Assembly: GCA_963803575.1 (NCBI GenBank)
Contig: CAWDMW010000002.1
Location: 1,080,406 to 1,144,405, forward strand
Length of the DNA stretch: 64,000 nt
Reading direction: 5' to 3'
Source: an uncultured Alphaproteobacteria bacterium
GTDB taxonomy: Bacteria; Pseudomonadota; Alphaproteobacteria; Rickettsiales; UBA998
This document shows, in pieces, positions 11,340-24,681 of this stretch. A program made the translations under genes and the position numbers. Under the pieces are notes generated by a model that saw only the letters and a program-made list of their open reading frames with translations, had not been told where the DNA came from and did not search any database. Positions within the stretch are counted from its first letter, which is position 1. The number at the start of each line of letters is the position of its first letter.

Positions 11340-11477
11340 ATGGAAACCATATTTATTGCAATTTGCTGCCTGATGACTGGCCTGCTGGTCTGGGGCATTG
11401 GCTGGTATTACCTGCTGGCCAGCGGCATTGCCACGCTTTTTATGGTCACATTATTTAAATTCACCGACCCAAGCTAA
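11340..11477 (+). CDS. Small hydrophobic membrane protein, 45 aa (not in ORF track)
   Basis: AGGAG RBS; METIFIAICCLMTGLLVWGIGWYYLLASGIATLFMVTLFKFTDPS. Confidence 0.6.
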   Translation: METIFIAICCLMTGLLVWGIGWYYLLASGIATLFMVTLFKFTDPS

Positions 11478-11501
11478 CCAGCAAAAACAATCAACTACAA
11501 C

Positions 11502-11526
11502 AACCCGCCTTCGAGCGGGTTTTTTT
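11502..11526 (+). terminator. Rho-independent terminator before the lysis genes
   Basis: AACCCGC-CTTCGA-GCGGGTT followed by a T run. Confidence 0.85.
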
Positions 11527-11541
11527 ATGCCCGGAGGAAAC

Positions 11542-11730
11542 ATGGCAGAGAAAAAATACGACGAAACCAACAGCCTGCCCACGCACGTAGCCGTGTGCGT
11601 GGAGCGCTACAAATCGCTGGAGCGCCGTTTAGCCCGACTTGAAAGAATCATCTGGTGGTGGGGAACCATGATCGTCTCCGGGCTGGTCGGCATCATCATC
11701 AAATTAACAATCATAAATGGAGGACTCTAA
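11542..11730 (+). CDS. Small coiled-coil plus C-terminal TM lysis-cassette protein
   Basis: GGAGG RBS; HVAVCVERYKSLERRLARLE followed by a TM segment; TAATG coupling to the holin. Confidence 0.7.
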   Translation: MAEKKYDETNSLPTHVAVCVERYKSLERRLARLERIIWWWGTMIVSGLVGIIIKLTIINGGL

Positions 11731-12179
11731 TGATTACATTACTTGGATCACTAATCGGATTTTTAGGCGCTGCCTTTCCCGATTTCTTAAAATTATTCCG
11801 CGACCATCAGGATCGAAAGCATGAGCTGACGATTTTACAAATGCAGCTGGAGCAACAGGCGCAAGGCCATGCGCAGCGCTTGGAGGAAATCCACACGCAG
11901 GCGGATATCGCCGAGAGCAAAGCGCTTTATAAAACCTTCTATTCCGGCATTAAATGGGTGGATGCGCTTAATGGCACCGTCCGCCCGGTGCTGGCGTATG
12001 CGTTTTTCCTGCTCTATTTCACCGTCAAATGCATGCAATTTGCGATGGTGGATATCAGCAATCCGCTGCCGTGGCACATGGCCACGCTATGGTCAGTCGA
12101 AGACCAGGCTATTTTCGCTGGCATTATCAGCTTCTATTTCGGTCAACGTGCAATGGCTAAGGTGCGTGCTGGGCGTTAA
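11730..12179 (+). CDS. Putative 3TM holin
   Basis: MITLLGSLIGF, WVDALNGTVRP, IISFYFGQR; position upstream of the lysozyme. Confidence 0.75.
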   Translation: MITLLGSLIGFLGAAFPDFLKLFRDHQDRKHELTILQMQLEQQAQGHAQRLEEIHTQADIAESKALYKTFYSGIKWVDALNGTVRPVLAYAFFLLYFTVKCMQFAMVDISNPLPWHMATLWSVEDQAIFAGIISFYFGQRAMAKVRAGR

Positions 12180-13558
12180 GCCGCACTCGTGGTTGGCGCA
12201 GGGGCTTCTTCGTCAGCGCTTTCCACATCATCAATCAATGCTTCGGTGTTTTTGGTTTTAATTTTTGGCGGTGGAGCCACCCATTCTTTGATGTGCTGGC
12301 CTGCCTGTTCGTAAAATTCAAGTAGCAAAGGCTCAGATTCCTGAATAAAGGTTTTAGCGCCTTTAAACTTTGCACCCAAATCGCGGGTCAACGTCACCTC
12401 GAATGCGGTGGGTTTAAGAGAGCTATTGTCGCAGAGCAATGCTTCAATGCCTTGCTCACGGATGGTTGACAATGTTGCCATCGTATCTGGCGCTCGGCTG
12501 GGCCAAATGGCACGAATAGCCACATCCGGATGCGTTGTTTTCTTGAGCTGACCGACGAACCAATTAATTCGACCTTTAGTGGTGGCACGCTCTTCCGGAG
12601 CTTTCACACGCATACAGGCGGTAACGGAGCGTGTTTCGACATCGGCGGTGAGCTTGATACGGCTGGCAGCATCAGGGATATCAAATTCAGCGGTCAAAGT
12701 CTGTTCATGTGCTAATTGCGCTGCATCATCATCAAGGCGTTTATTAGCATCATCCCGGTGGGCCTTCTTCAAATAGATGGTAGTAGTCTCGCCAATGGCA
12801 AGGCTCAAATGTAGGGACACATTGCGGATAAATTGATGCCAGCTACCAACGCTATCAAGCACTTCCTGCGCTGATTTTTTGAGCGTAATACGATTTTGAA
12901 CGGAGCTGCAGACATCTTTCCATGTGCTGTTCATACGATCGAATGAGGTGACGCCGGAGCTGTCATGCTGCAGGTAGCGCACCAGCTCTTCTAAAATGTA
13001 AGCTTGGTCGGGATCGGTCACGCCATGATATTTAACCCACATCACAGCCTCGGCGATGAGGTACGTCCATGACCAGTGGAATAGCGATACGCTGCGCGTT
13101 TTGGTTTTACTTACGGTAAGCGGATGATGCGTCGGTGAGGCAGCAAATTGGTTGGAAATAGTGATGACACAGTCAATTTTATGTTCTTTGGCCAGATCAA
13201 GATAGGTTTCCACCTGTTCGCTCTGCAGCTCGGCTTTGCCAATTTTAGCTTCAACCAGAGCTGACCATTGTTTTTTGCCTGTGGTGACAACGATTAAACC
13301 ATCGGGACGAATCTTGGAAGCAGATCGGTCTTTACCCTGCAGCACGATTTCGGTGAAGCACTCTACCTTTGAGGTTTTACCTAAGCGTACACCAACCGAG
13401 TCAAGCAGCCCTTTAGCAAATTCGTCGACTGACATGAATGCCGCCAGAGTGGAGCTGGTAATGCGTCCCTCTTTGCTGGTGTCAGCCAGCACGGGGATCA
13501 GCCGAGCACGCTCGCCGGAGGCTAAGTAGTCGGGTTTTTGAATGGTGAATAACGTCAT
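12176..13558 (-). CDS. PD-(D/E)XK nuclease-like protein, candidate defence moron
   Basis: RPDGLI...ALVEAK, then Q..Y and VITISN. GGAGG RBS before ATG 13558. Stop overlaps the holin stop. Confidence 0.65.
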   Translation of the reverse strand: MTLFTIQKPDYLASGERARLIPVLADTSKEGRITSSTLAAFMSVDEFAKGLLDSVGVRLGKTSKVECFTEIVLQGKDRSASKIRPDGLIVVTTGKKQWSALVEAKIGKAELQSEQVETYLDLAKEHKIDCVITISNQFAASPTHHPLTVSKTKTRSVSLFHWSWTYLIAEAVMWVKYHGVTDPDQAYILEELVRYLQHDSSGVTSFDRMNSTWKDVCSSVQNRITLKKSAQEVLDSVGSWHQFIRNVSLHLSLAIGETTTIYLKKAHRDDANKRLDDDAAQLAHEQTLTAEFDIPDAASRIKLTADVETRSVTACMRVKAPEERATTKGRINWFVGQLKKTTHPDVAIRAIWPSRAPDTMATLSTIREQGIEALLCDNSSLKPTAFEVTLTRDLGAKFKGAKTFIQESEPLLLEFYEQAGQHIKEWVAPPPKIKTKNTEALIDDVESADEEAPAPTTSAA

Positions 13559-13638
13559 GGTGCCTCCTTCTGATTTTGCCGTCTGAACACCTAACCCTAA
13601 CAATTTATTCGAAAATAACAACTTAAAGAGGCTTTTTT

Positions 13639-14079
13639 ATGCGCCATATTACACAAGAAGGTTTAAACTTGATAAAGCATTTTGAAGGTTTTGAGCCTGA
13701 AATCTATCTGGATGCCGCCGGATTGCCTACCATTGGCTATGGCCACCTTATTAGACCCGGTGAGCATAGGATGTTTGAGAATGGCATCACCGAGCCTGCA
13801 GCGCAGGCATTGCTGGCAAAAGATGTATGGTCAGCGGAACGATCAGTGCTGCGGCTAATTAGCGTGCCGCTGGATGATGGGCAGTTTGATGCATTAGTGT
13901 CATTCACCTTTAATCTTGGTGGCGGTGCGCTACAGCGCTCGACTCTGCGCCGTAAGGTCAACCGTGAGGAACACTATGAAGTGCCGGAGCAGCTAATGCG
14001 CTGGGTATGGGCCGGTGGCAGACGCTTGCGTGGCTTAATGCGCCGCCGTGAGGCAGAGGCAGAGCTTTATTTAAGTTAA
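13639..14079 (+). CDS. Phage lysozyme (GH24 endolysin)
   Basis: FEG..YLDAAGLPTIGYGH, QFDALVSFTFNLG, RRREAE. Confidence 0.95.
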   Translation: MRHITQEGLNLIKHFEGFEPEIYLDAAGLPTIGYGHLIRPGEHRMFENGITEPAAQALLAKDVWSAERSVLRLISVPLDDGQFDALVSFTFNLGGGALQRSTLRRKVNREEHYEVPEQLMRWVWAGGRRLRGLMRRREAEAELYLS

Positions 14080-16650
14080 GAGATGCTTCTTAGCACTATT
14101 ATCTTCAACAAAACTTTTAATACTGGCTACATCAATAGTCGCTTGAATGAGCGCAGATTTTGCTTCTGCCCTCCAGACTAGATCTCCTGGTTCATTGAAG
14201 GATTTACGAATTTGACGGATCACCGCTAAAGCATTTTCTGCCCATTTTACAAATTCGTTCAATTCCCAATAATAAAACCCTCCTAAATGCGGTATTGCAC
14301 CACTCGATGCTTTAGATACTGGAGATACGAGAACTGGCAGAATTTTCATATCATCATTTATCGGGAGATTTTCTTTTATCCAGTTAGGATGTGACGCTGT
14401 TTGCCTTGCTTTTTTAGTTGCCAAAGAGGAGTCGGTCTGAGCATCTGCATGGTCTTCAAAAACAAAACATAAATCTTCAATAATCCACCAAGGGTCTGGT
14501 GACCCTTCGGACTCTTCTTTCCCTGCCTCAAAGCCGAGCATTGTGCCAAGTGATTTATGAGCATTCTCAAATGTATCTGCATCAGCCAAACCTTCAAGAA
14601 TCATTTTCTCTTGGGCATCAAATTTTTTCATATGCAGTGTGCCTAAATCGGCGAGAACAGATTCAATGTGCTCAATTTGCTTATCTAGTAAGAAATCTTC
14701 TTGATCAAACTGCTTAGGTTCTGCGGTAAAAATTGCTAATTTAGATAACCATGCAATGTCAGATGTTGCCTTCTTTGCTTGTTTAAAATATTCACGCGCC
14801 CGGCTCTCATGCGTCGTGCTTCCTTCTTTGAATAAAAGCCAGCATGCAGAGCCAGCAAGATAACACCACAGCGCTCGGTAGCCTTTCAATTCTGGAGATG
14901 TTAATTTAGCCAAAACGGATTCAGCTGAAGACAATGCCCCTATAAAATCATTTGATAGCAAGGCTTTTTGGTAGTCAATTTCTTTATTAACGGCAGACTG
15001 AAGCTCACTAACAACTGGAAACTCAGCTTGTTCTGCGTTTGCTCTTAATTGTAGGATTTCGTCATTTGCTTCTTCCCACTCCTCACCATTTTCTAGAAAA
15101 ATTCCTAAATTCTCAAGCATTTCCATGGCAGTTCGGCGTTTAGATTGCTCAATTCCAAATTCTAATTCGGCTTGTAGTTCAGGATGAAAATAACTGCGTT
15201 TTTTGTTATCCAACAAATAGTCTGGAAGGTGTTCTCCACTAAGAATAACGGCTGAATAATCTTGCAGAGAGCGAGTGCACCTTCCAATGGCTTGTAAAAC
15301 TCTTGTCTGCAAGCGCTCACTAAATAGAACATTTGCCCCCATTTTTGTCATAAGGAAATTCTCTTGAGAATTTGTCGCCCTAGGAAGGCCATCAATAAAG
15401 AGCACCCGACAATCGTCTCCGGGAAAATCAATGCCATCATATCTGTTCGCAATCACCGCAACAGCTTTCTCCGCCTGAATAAATGGCTTCTTCGATCGCT
15501 CGATTTGTTCTGCACTGAATATTTGAAACTCATCAGAATCAATGTTTTCTGTAATTTCATTTTTTTGTCTTTCGCTGGGAACAAGCATCACACTGCGACC
15601 AGCTTTTTCCATCATATCATTACGAAGCGTTGGAATATCTGTATCCTTTAAAGAGAGGCTCGGAAAAACAAAAAAACGTCTACCTATACCCTGCTTATCC
15701 CACCCTTCCGGAACCGGGAGGCGGTGGATGTTTTTTCTTCCAGTCAGTCGCTCTAAATCCCCCCCTGCACCTAGTGTAGCTGACATAAATATACGCTGTG
15801 TGGCGTTATCAAAAGGTGCATGAGTCCAAGTTGGAGGAATAATTGGCCTTAATAATATATCTTTGGAAGAGATATAAAGGTGACACGCATGGATGCCGTC
15901 ACGGAGCATCTTCCATTCATGTTTTATGTTCGAATTGTCAGCATAACTATCGATGATGTTTCTAAATTCATCAGCAATTTCTAAGAAGGTTGGTGTGGGC
16001 AATTTATCGACCCATGTTGCATCAAAAAGGCTATGACTTTCTCCAGATAATCTTTGGAAGTCTGATATCCGGATGTAAGGCTTTAATAAATTACATAGTG
16101 CTGTGTGTAGCGCTTTATGATCACTGTTGTGTTTCTCGATATGAAGCGACCAAAGTGACGCGATGTAATTTTCAGCTGCATGAGCATCGTCGATGATGAT
16201 GGTCTGTGGTTTATCAAAAAATGGGTTGGTGTTGAATAAGGAGCTATATGTGGTAATCGCAACACGGTCAGCTGTTTGATACTCGGTTTTTTTGATAGGA
16301 TCGTAAGCGCTCTTGCTGCCCGTAAAGCCATTGACTGTTAAGCCATATTGCTCCTCTGCCTGTTCAACAACCTGATGTACAAGCTGTTTTGTCGGGCACA
16401 AATAGAGCACACGCTCTTTGTATTTTCTTCTTCGCCACTCGGCAATCATTAAACCTACTAGTGTTTTTCCGCTGCCAGTTGGAAGTTGTATAGCAACGTC
16501 TGATTTATCTAACGCGCTTTGCGTATAAGCACGCATGCTCTCGCCTTGATGAAGAAGGGCACCTTGTATTTTTCGCCGTGGCAATTCAAGTATGAGCTTC
16601 TCAGGACTATCTGGAACGCTTTGTTGCTTATTTAATTTTTTAAAGGCCAT
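14071..16650 (-). CDS. SF2 (DinG-like) helicase with probable C-terminal nuclease domain, Hna-like
   Basis: LPTGSGKT, DDAH, SAT, GIDFP and QAIGRCTR motifs; C-terminal SPDPWW..FEDH. Hna resemblance is from recall, not a search. Confidence 0.75.
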   Translation of the reverse strand: MAFKKLNKQQSVPDSPEKLILELPRRKIQGALLHQGESMRAYTQSALDKSDVAIQLPTGSGKTLVGLMIAEWRRRKYKERVLYLCPTKQLVHQVVEQAEEQYGLTVNGFTGSKSAYDPIKKTEYQTADRVAITTYSSLFNTNPFFDKPQTIIIDDAHAAENYIASLWSLHIEKHNSDHKALHTALCNLLKPYIRISDFQRLSGESHSLFDATWVDKLPTPTFLEIADEFRNIIDSYADNSNIKHEWKMLRDGIHACHLYISSKDILLRPIIPPTWTHAPFDNATQRIFMSATLGAGGDLERLTGRKNIHRLPVPEGWDKQGIGRRFFVFPSLSLKDTDIPTLRNDMMEKAGRSVMLVPSERQKNEITENIDSDEFQIFSAEQIERSKKPFIQAEKAVAVIANRYDGIDFPGDDCRVLFIDGLPRATNSQENFLMTKMGANVLFSERLQTRVLQAIGRCTRSLQDYSAVILSGEHLPDYLLDNKKRSYFHPELQAELEFGIEQSKRRTAMEMLENLGIFLENGEEWEEANDEILQLRANAEQAEFPVVSELQSAVNKEIDYQKALLSNDFIGALSSAESVLAKLTSPELKGYRALWCYLAGSACWLLFKEGSTTHESRAREYFKQAKKATSDIAWLSKLAIFTAEPKQFDQEDFLLDKQIEHIESVLADLGTLHMKKFDAQEKMILEGLADADTFENAHKSLGTMLGFEAGKEESEGSPDPWWIIEDLCFVFEDHADAQTDSSLATKKARQTASHPNWIKENLPINDDMKILPVLVSPVSKASSGAIPHLGGFYYWELNEFVKWAENALAVIRQIRKSFNEPGDLVWRAEAKSALIQATIDVASIKSFVEDNSAKKHLLT

Positions 16651-16699
16651 TCAATCAGTTACCATTTAATACGATTAACACGAGTTTTACCCATCTAAG

Positions 16700-16729
16700 A
16701 TAGACGATGATGGTAAAACTTCAAATATT
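16700..16729 (+). repeat. 30-bp direct repeat, copy 1
   Basis: ATAGACGATGATGGTAAAACTTCAAATATT, 26/30 identical to 26481-26510. Confidence 0.85.
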
Positions 16730-16734
16730 CTCTT

Positions 16735-17625
16735 TTAGGCTCGACAAGCACTATTCTCTTCATGCTCAAATTCCAAGGTGGAGTGGCCAATTTCAAATTG
16801 ATCTGAGAGCAGTTGTTTGAGCCGGGTTTTGGTGGCTTCAATATCGGATAGCTGCGCGGCCTCGCTTACCACATGCGCCTCTAGCGCGCTGTGGTGCTCA
16901 TCCAATTGCCAGATATGAACGTGATGCACATTCTTTACGCCATCCACGCCCTCCATCGCCGCAATCACCTCTTCAATGGATAAATGCTCCGGCGTGCCTT
17001 CCATCAACAGATGGATGGTTTTAGGCAGCATGGTAAAACCCTGCCACAGCACATATCCGGCAATCACCAATGTCAGTAGCGTATCGACCCAATACCAGCC
17101 GTAAAGCAGGATCAGCGTTCCGGCGATAATCACGCCCACCGAGGCCAGCGCGTCCGATACGTTGTGCAAAAACGCCGCTTTGATATTCATGCTGTTTTTG
17201 GACATGGTATAGGTCAGCACCGCCGTTACCACATCTACGGCCAGCGCAATGCCTGCGACGATCACCACCGTCCAGCCTTCAATTTCTTGCGGCTCGGCAA
17301 AACGCCATAGCGCTTCGTAAATCAGATACAGGCCGATAATGACCAGGGTGGTTAAATTGATCAGCGCAGCAATGACCTCGGCGCGTTTATAACCAAAGGT
17401 TTTATGCGCATCGGCAGGTTTGCGCCCGATCTTCCTTGCAAATAGAGCAATGCCCAATGACGCGGCATCACTCAAATTATGCAGCGCATCGGCAATGAGC
17501 GATAAGCTACCCGAAAGCACCCCGCCAACTACCTGTGCGGCGGTAAGCAGGACATTCACACCAACCGCCGCGATCAGCTTACCATCTCCCATATTTTCTG
17601 TGCCGTGATCGTGTGAATGTCCCAT
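16735..17625 (-). CDS. czcD: CDF family Co/Zn/Cd transporter
   Basis: His-rich N-terminus, ADALHNLSD, TFGYKRAE, HNVSD. Confidence 0.92.
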   Translation of the reverse strand: MGHSHDHGTENMGDGKLIAAVGVNVLLTAAQVVGGVLSGSLSLIADALHNLSDAASLGIALFARKIGRKPADAHKTFGYKRAEVIAALINLTTLVIIGLYLIYEALWRFAEPQEIEGWTVVIVAGIALAVDVVTAVLTYTMSKNSMNIKAAFLHNVSDALASVGVIIAGTLILLYGWYWVDTLLTLVIAGYVLWQGFTMLPKTIHLLMEGTPEHLSIEEVIAAMEGVDGVKNVHHVHIWQLDEHHSALEAHVVSEAAQLSDIEATKTRLKQLLSDQFEIGHSTLEFEHEENSACRA

Positions 17626-17636
17626 GATGCTTCTCC

Positions 17637-18035
17637 TTACTGGCTGCTATTGCCCATCCATTTGTTATGCCATTTATTGTTCTGCATATTGCCCATGCCC
17701 ATATCTTTGTGCATTTGCTGCATTTCTTTCATATGCTCATGCATGGCTGGGCAATCATCATAATTGCCGTTACAATCCTTGTGCATCTGATCCATCATAT
17801 TGCCCATATTTTGGTGCATCTGGCGCATCGATTTCATGTAGTTTTGCATGGAGCCATCGCCTCCATTGCCGTTCATCATCTGCATACACATCGGACAGCA
17901 CATCATCATTGGCGTGTCGCCACTATTTTGCATTTGCTGACCCATTGAGCCGCTTTGCCCATTGTTGGTTTGGGCATAGACCGCCAACGGTATGGCAAGT
18001 AATGCGAGGGCTAAAAAGCTGGTTATTTTCTTCAT
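17637..18035 (-). CDS. Secreted Met/His/Cys-rich putative metal-binding protein
   Basis: Signal peptide; MMMCCPMCMQMM and repeated MH/MM motifs. Confidence 0.65.
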   Translation of the reverse strand: MKKITSFLALALLAIPLAVYAQTNNGQSGSMGQQMQNSGDTPMMMCCPMCMQMMNGNGGDGSMQNYMKSMRQMHQNMGNMMDQMHKDCNGNYDDCPAMHEHMKEMQQMHKDMGMGNMQNNKWHNKWMGNSSQ

Positions 18036-18085
18036 GGTATTCTCCTTGATTGGTTTAGTTGGTTGGTTGTTGAACGGTTGACATT

Positions 18086-18531
18086 TTAGCTTCTTGGGTG
18101 GTGCTGAACAAAAGCAGCGCCACCGATGAAGATAAAACTGTCGGACAGGTTAAAGGCAGGCCAGTGGTAGCCTAAGGCATGGAAATCCAGATAATCAAAC
18201 ACGGCGGAAAACCGTATCCTATCTATGATATTGCCTATGGCTCCGCCGATAATTAGCCCCAGCGCCAAAGCGGTGGAGCGATGTTCGACCTTCCTTAACC
18301 ATACGAATAGCCATGCCACGATGAGCATGGCGACAGCTGAAAGAATCCACTGACCGTTTGGGATATCTTGCAGCATGCCAAAGCTGATGACGGGATTCCA
18401 TACCGTCACCAGATTAAAAAATGGGGTCACCCCCACTGGCGCTTTTGCGCCTGCAATGGTCGCAAATAACGCTTGCTGGGTGAGCTGTATCAGCAGCAAA
18501 CCAATCGCAGCGATGGTGATGCCAAATCGTG

Positions 18532-18535
<4 letters not shown>
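18086..18535 (-). CDS. lspA: Lipoprotein signal peptidase II (probable indel near the 3' end)
   Basis: VWN..ISFG, GGAIGNIIDR, DYLD, WPAFNLSD; ATGA overlap at 18535. Confidence 0.88.
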
Positions 18536-22304
<3,769 letters not shown>

Positions 22305-23279
22305 CTAATGGTCATGTTCGGCTTCGGATTTACCGATATCCGCTTTGATGATAAAACTGCCGACGCTGACATATTCCTCGCCCACTTTTAGGCCGGAGAG
22401 AATCTCCACCATCTCGCCATCGCGTTTGCCAATCGATACCGGACGAGCTTCGTAAGCATCACCTTCTTTTACAAACACCACATTTCTCTCTTCGATTTGC
22501 TGGATTGCATCTTCTGTGATCGCAAGGCTTACGGGATGCTCACTGAGCATTACATCGCCTTCGACGGTCATACCTGGTCGCCATGTATTTTCCGGGTTGG
22601 TTACCGATACCACAGCGGTGATCGTTTGGCTGAGTGGGTCGGCGGTGGGAAGAATCAGCGTAATCGGCGCTTGGGTTTTATGGTCACCATCAATCGTATG
22701 CACCCGCACCGATTGGCCTTCTTTCACCTTATCAAGATCACGCGGGAAAACATGAAACTCTGCCCATACCTCTGAAAGATTGGCAATGGTAAATAGCGGC
22801 TCTCCTCCGGCAACACTGCCGATATTGGTATTGCGCGTCAGTACCACGCCATCGACTGGTGAGGTGACGTTGTAGCTGCGTAAACTATCATTGGCTTCAA
22901 TGGTGGCCAGTGCTTGGCCTTTGCTAACCTTGTCACCCCAGCTTACCTTCACGCTCTTAACGATACCGGAAAAACGAGCGCCCACTTCTGCTGTGGTGTT
23001 ACGATTGGTAACAATACGCCCGGTGAGGGTTAGTGTCTCATAAATAGTCGCTGCTTCTGCCTTCGCGGTTTGAATGCCAGCATTTTCTGCCACTGAGTCA
23101 TCAATTACCGTTCTGCCTTCACCATGCTCATTTTCTTCGCCTTCCTCATGCGCATCCTCTCCATGTTCATCGCCATGTTCTGCGTGCGGGTGATCTTCGT
23201 GATCAGACATCGCGTAATAGGCTATGCCTCCGGCCACCACTAAAAGTATAGCAAGAAGTGTTATGTAATTGTTTTTCAT
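22305..23279 (-). CDS. czcB: CzcB-type periplasmic adaptor
   Basis: His/Glu-rich N-terminus, RPGM, C-terminal EHDH; lies between czcC and czcA. Confidence 0.9.
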   Translation of the reverse strand: MKNNYITLLAILLVVAGGIAYYAMSDHEDHPHAEHGDEHGEDAHEEGEENEHGEGRTVIDDSVAENAGIQTAKAEAATIYETLTLTGRIVTNRNTTAEVGARFSGIVKSVKVSWGDKVSKGQALATIEANDSLRSYNVTSPVDGVVLTRNTNIGSVAGGEPLFTIANLSEVWAEFHVFPRDLDKVKEGQSVRVHTIDGDHKTQAPITLILPTADPLSQTITAVVSVTNPENTWRPGMTVEGDVMLSEHPVSLAITEDAIQQIEERNVVFVKEGDAYEARPVSIGKRDGEMVEILSGLKVGEEYVSVGSFIIKADIGKSEAEHDH

Positions 23280-24574
23280 TTTTTTTCTCCTGTGGTAGTC
23301 AGCCGCTGCACATTCGCACTGGCCGCATGGTAAGCTCGAAGCGCCTCGACATGTTGCTCCTTCACTTCAAAAAGAGTGCGCTGGGCATCTAGCACTTCCA
23401 AATAAGGAAAGCTGCCTGCCTGATATCCCTCGCGGGACAGCCGGAAGGCTTTTTCTGCGGAGGGAATGATGTCATCTTTGAGCGTGTTGGCCTGATCGTA
23501 AGCGTTGGTTAAATCTTCAAGATGTTGAAATATCTCGTTACGCAATGTTAATTGCGCATGGCGGCCTTGGCTTTCAACCTGCACTGCCTCGCTTCGGGCT
23601 TTCGTTATATTACCCTGATTGGCGTTGAATACCGGAATGGGGATGGACAGACCGAGCATGAAGGCTTGCTGGTCTTCTCCTCGTAAATCGCGCACACCTA
23701 CGGTTACGTTGGGATCAGGAATGGCATTCGATTCTTCCAGTTCCGCCAATGCCATGCGACGCTGATATTCCACATCCCAGCGTTTTAAATCCGGTGTTTT
23801 ATCCAGCAATGTTTCCACCTCATGCTCGGTGGGAGGTGCTTTAAGCTCATAGAAATGCGCATCCGCTAAGTGAAAACTATCATCATGCCCAGCCCACAAA
23901 CTTGAAAGCACATGCTTAGTATGCTGAGATTCTCGCTCGGCGCGGGTCAGGTTAAAGCTGGCTGTGGATACCCCAATTTTTGCTTTACTCTGCTGGATTT
24001 CCGGTTCGCGTGCTGCTTGCACACGTTTTCTGACCGTCTTATAAAGCTGCTCTGCCAGCTCCTTACGTTCTTGAGCAAGGCGCAACGCTTCCTGCGCGGC
24101 AACCGCGTCGGCATAGGCAATATGCACATCACGCACTAAGTTAAATTGCTCGATATCCGTATCCAATTGGCTGAGGGCATATCCTTGCTCGGCTGCAGCC
24201 ATACGGTTGCTACGTTTTCCACCTATTTCGATTTGTTGCGATATGCCGTAAGTGATTTCAGCGCCGCTAATGCCGCTCAGTTGACCGCTGCCTGCAATAT
24301 CTTCTGCTTCCATAAAGATATTGGGGTTTGGACGGTAACCAGCTTGTTCGCGCATTCCGCCTGCTGCTTCCTGACCGGCTTGGCTGGCTTTTAAACGTGG
24401 AGCGGCGTTAATTGCTTTAGCAATGGCATCGTCAAGGGTAATGACAGATGTTCGATGCTCTTGATGTTCTGCGTGAATCTGTGAATGTGCTGCTTTTTCT
24501 GCCCAAGCTGGCGGTGACAAGATGGTTGAGCACACCAACCCTCCCACACAGAGTGTCTTTAATAATAATTGCAT
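23276..24574 (-). CDS. czcC: CzcC/TolC outer membrane factor
   Basis: PNP, IEIGGKR, YLEVLDAQRTL. Confidence 0.9.
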   Translation of the reverse strand: MQLLLKTLCVGGLVCSTILSPPAWAEKAAHSQIHAEHQEHRTSVITLDDAIAKAINAAPRLKASQAGQEAAGGMREQAGYRPNPNIFMEAEDIAGSGQLSGISGAEITYGISQQIEIGGKRSNRMAAAEQGYALSQLDTDIEQFNLVRDVHIAYADAVAAQEALRLAQERKELAEQLYKTVRKRVQAAREPEIQQSKAKIGVSTASFNLTRAERESQHTKHVLSSLWAGHDDSFHLADAHFYELKAPPTEHEVETLLDKTPDLKRWDVEYQRRMALAELEESNAIPDPNVTVGVRDLRGEDQQAFMLGLSIPIPVFNANQGNITKARSEAVQVESQGRHAQLTLRNEIFQHLEDLTNAYDQANTLKDDIIPSAEKAFRLSREGYQAGSFPYLEVLDAQRTLFEVKEQHVEALRAYHAASANVQRLTTTGEKK

Positions 24575-24681
24575 GATATTTTCCCTAAATTCCTAAATCC
24601 GTGCTGTATCGCAACGAGTTAAGCGGCAATTACCGCACACTGATTGCGTTGCAGGCACACGTCACCTGCTAAAAAAGGAAT

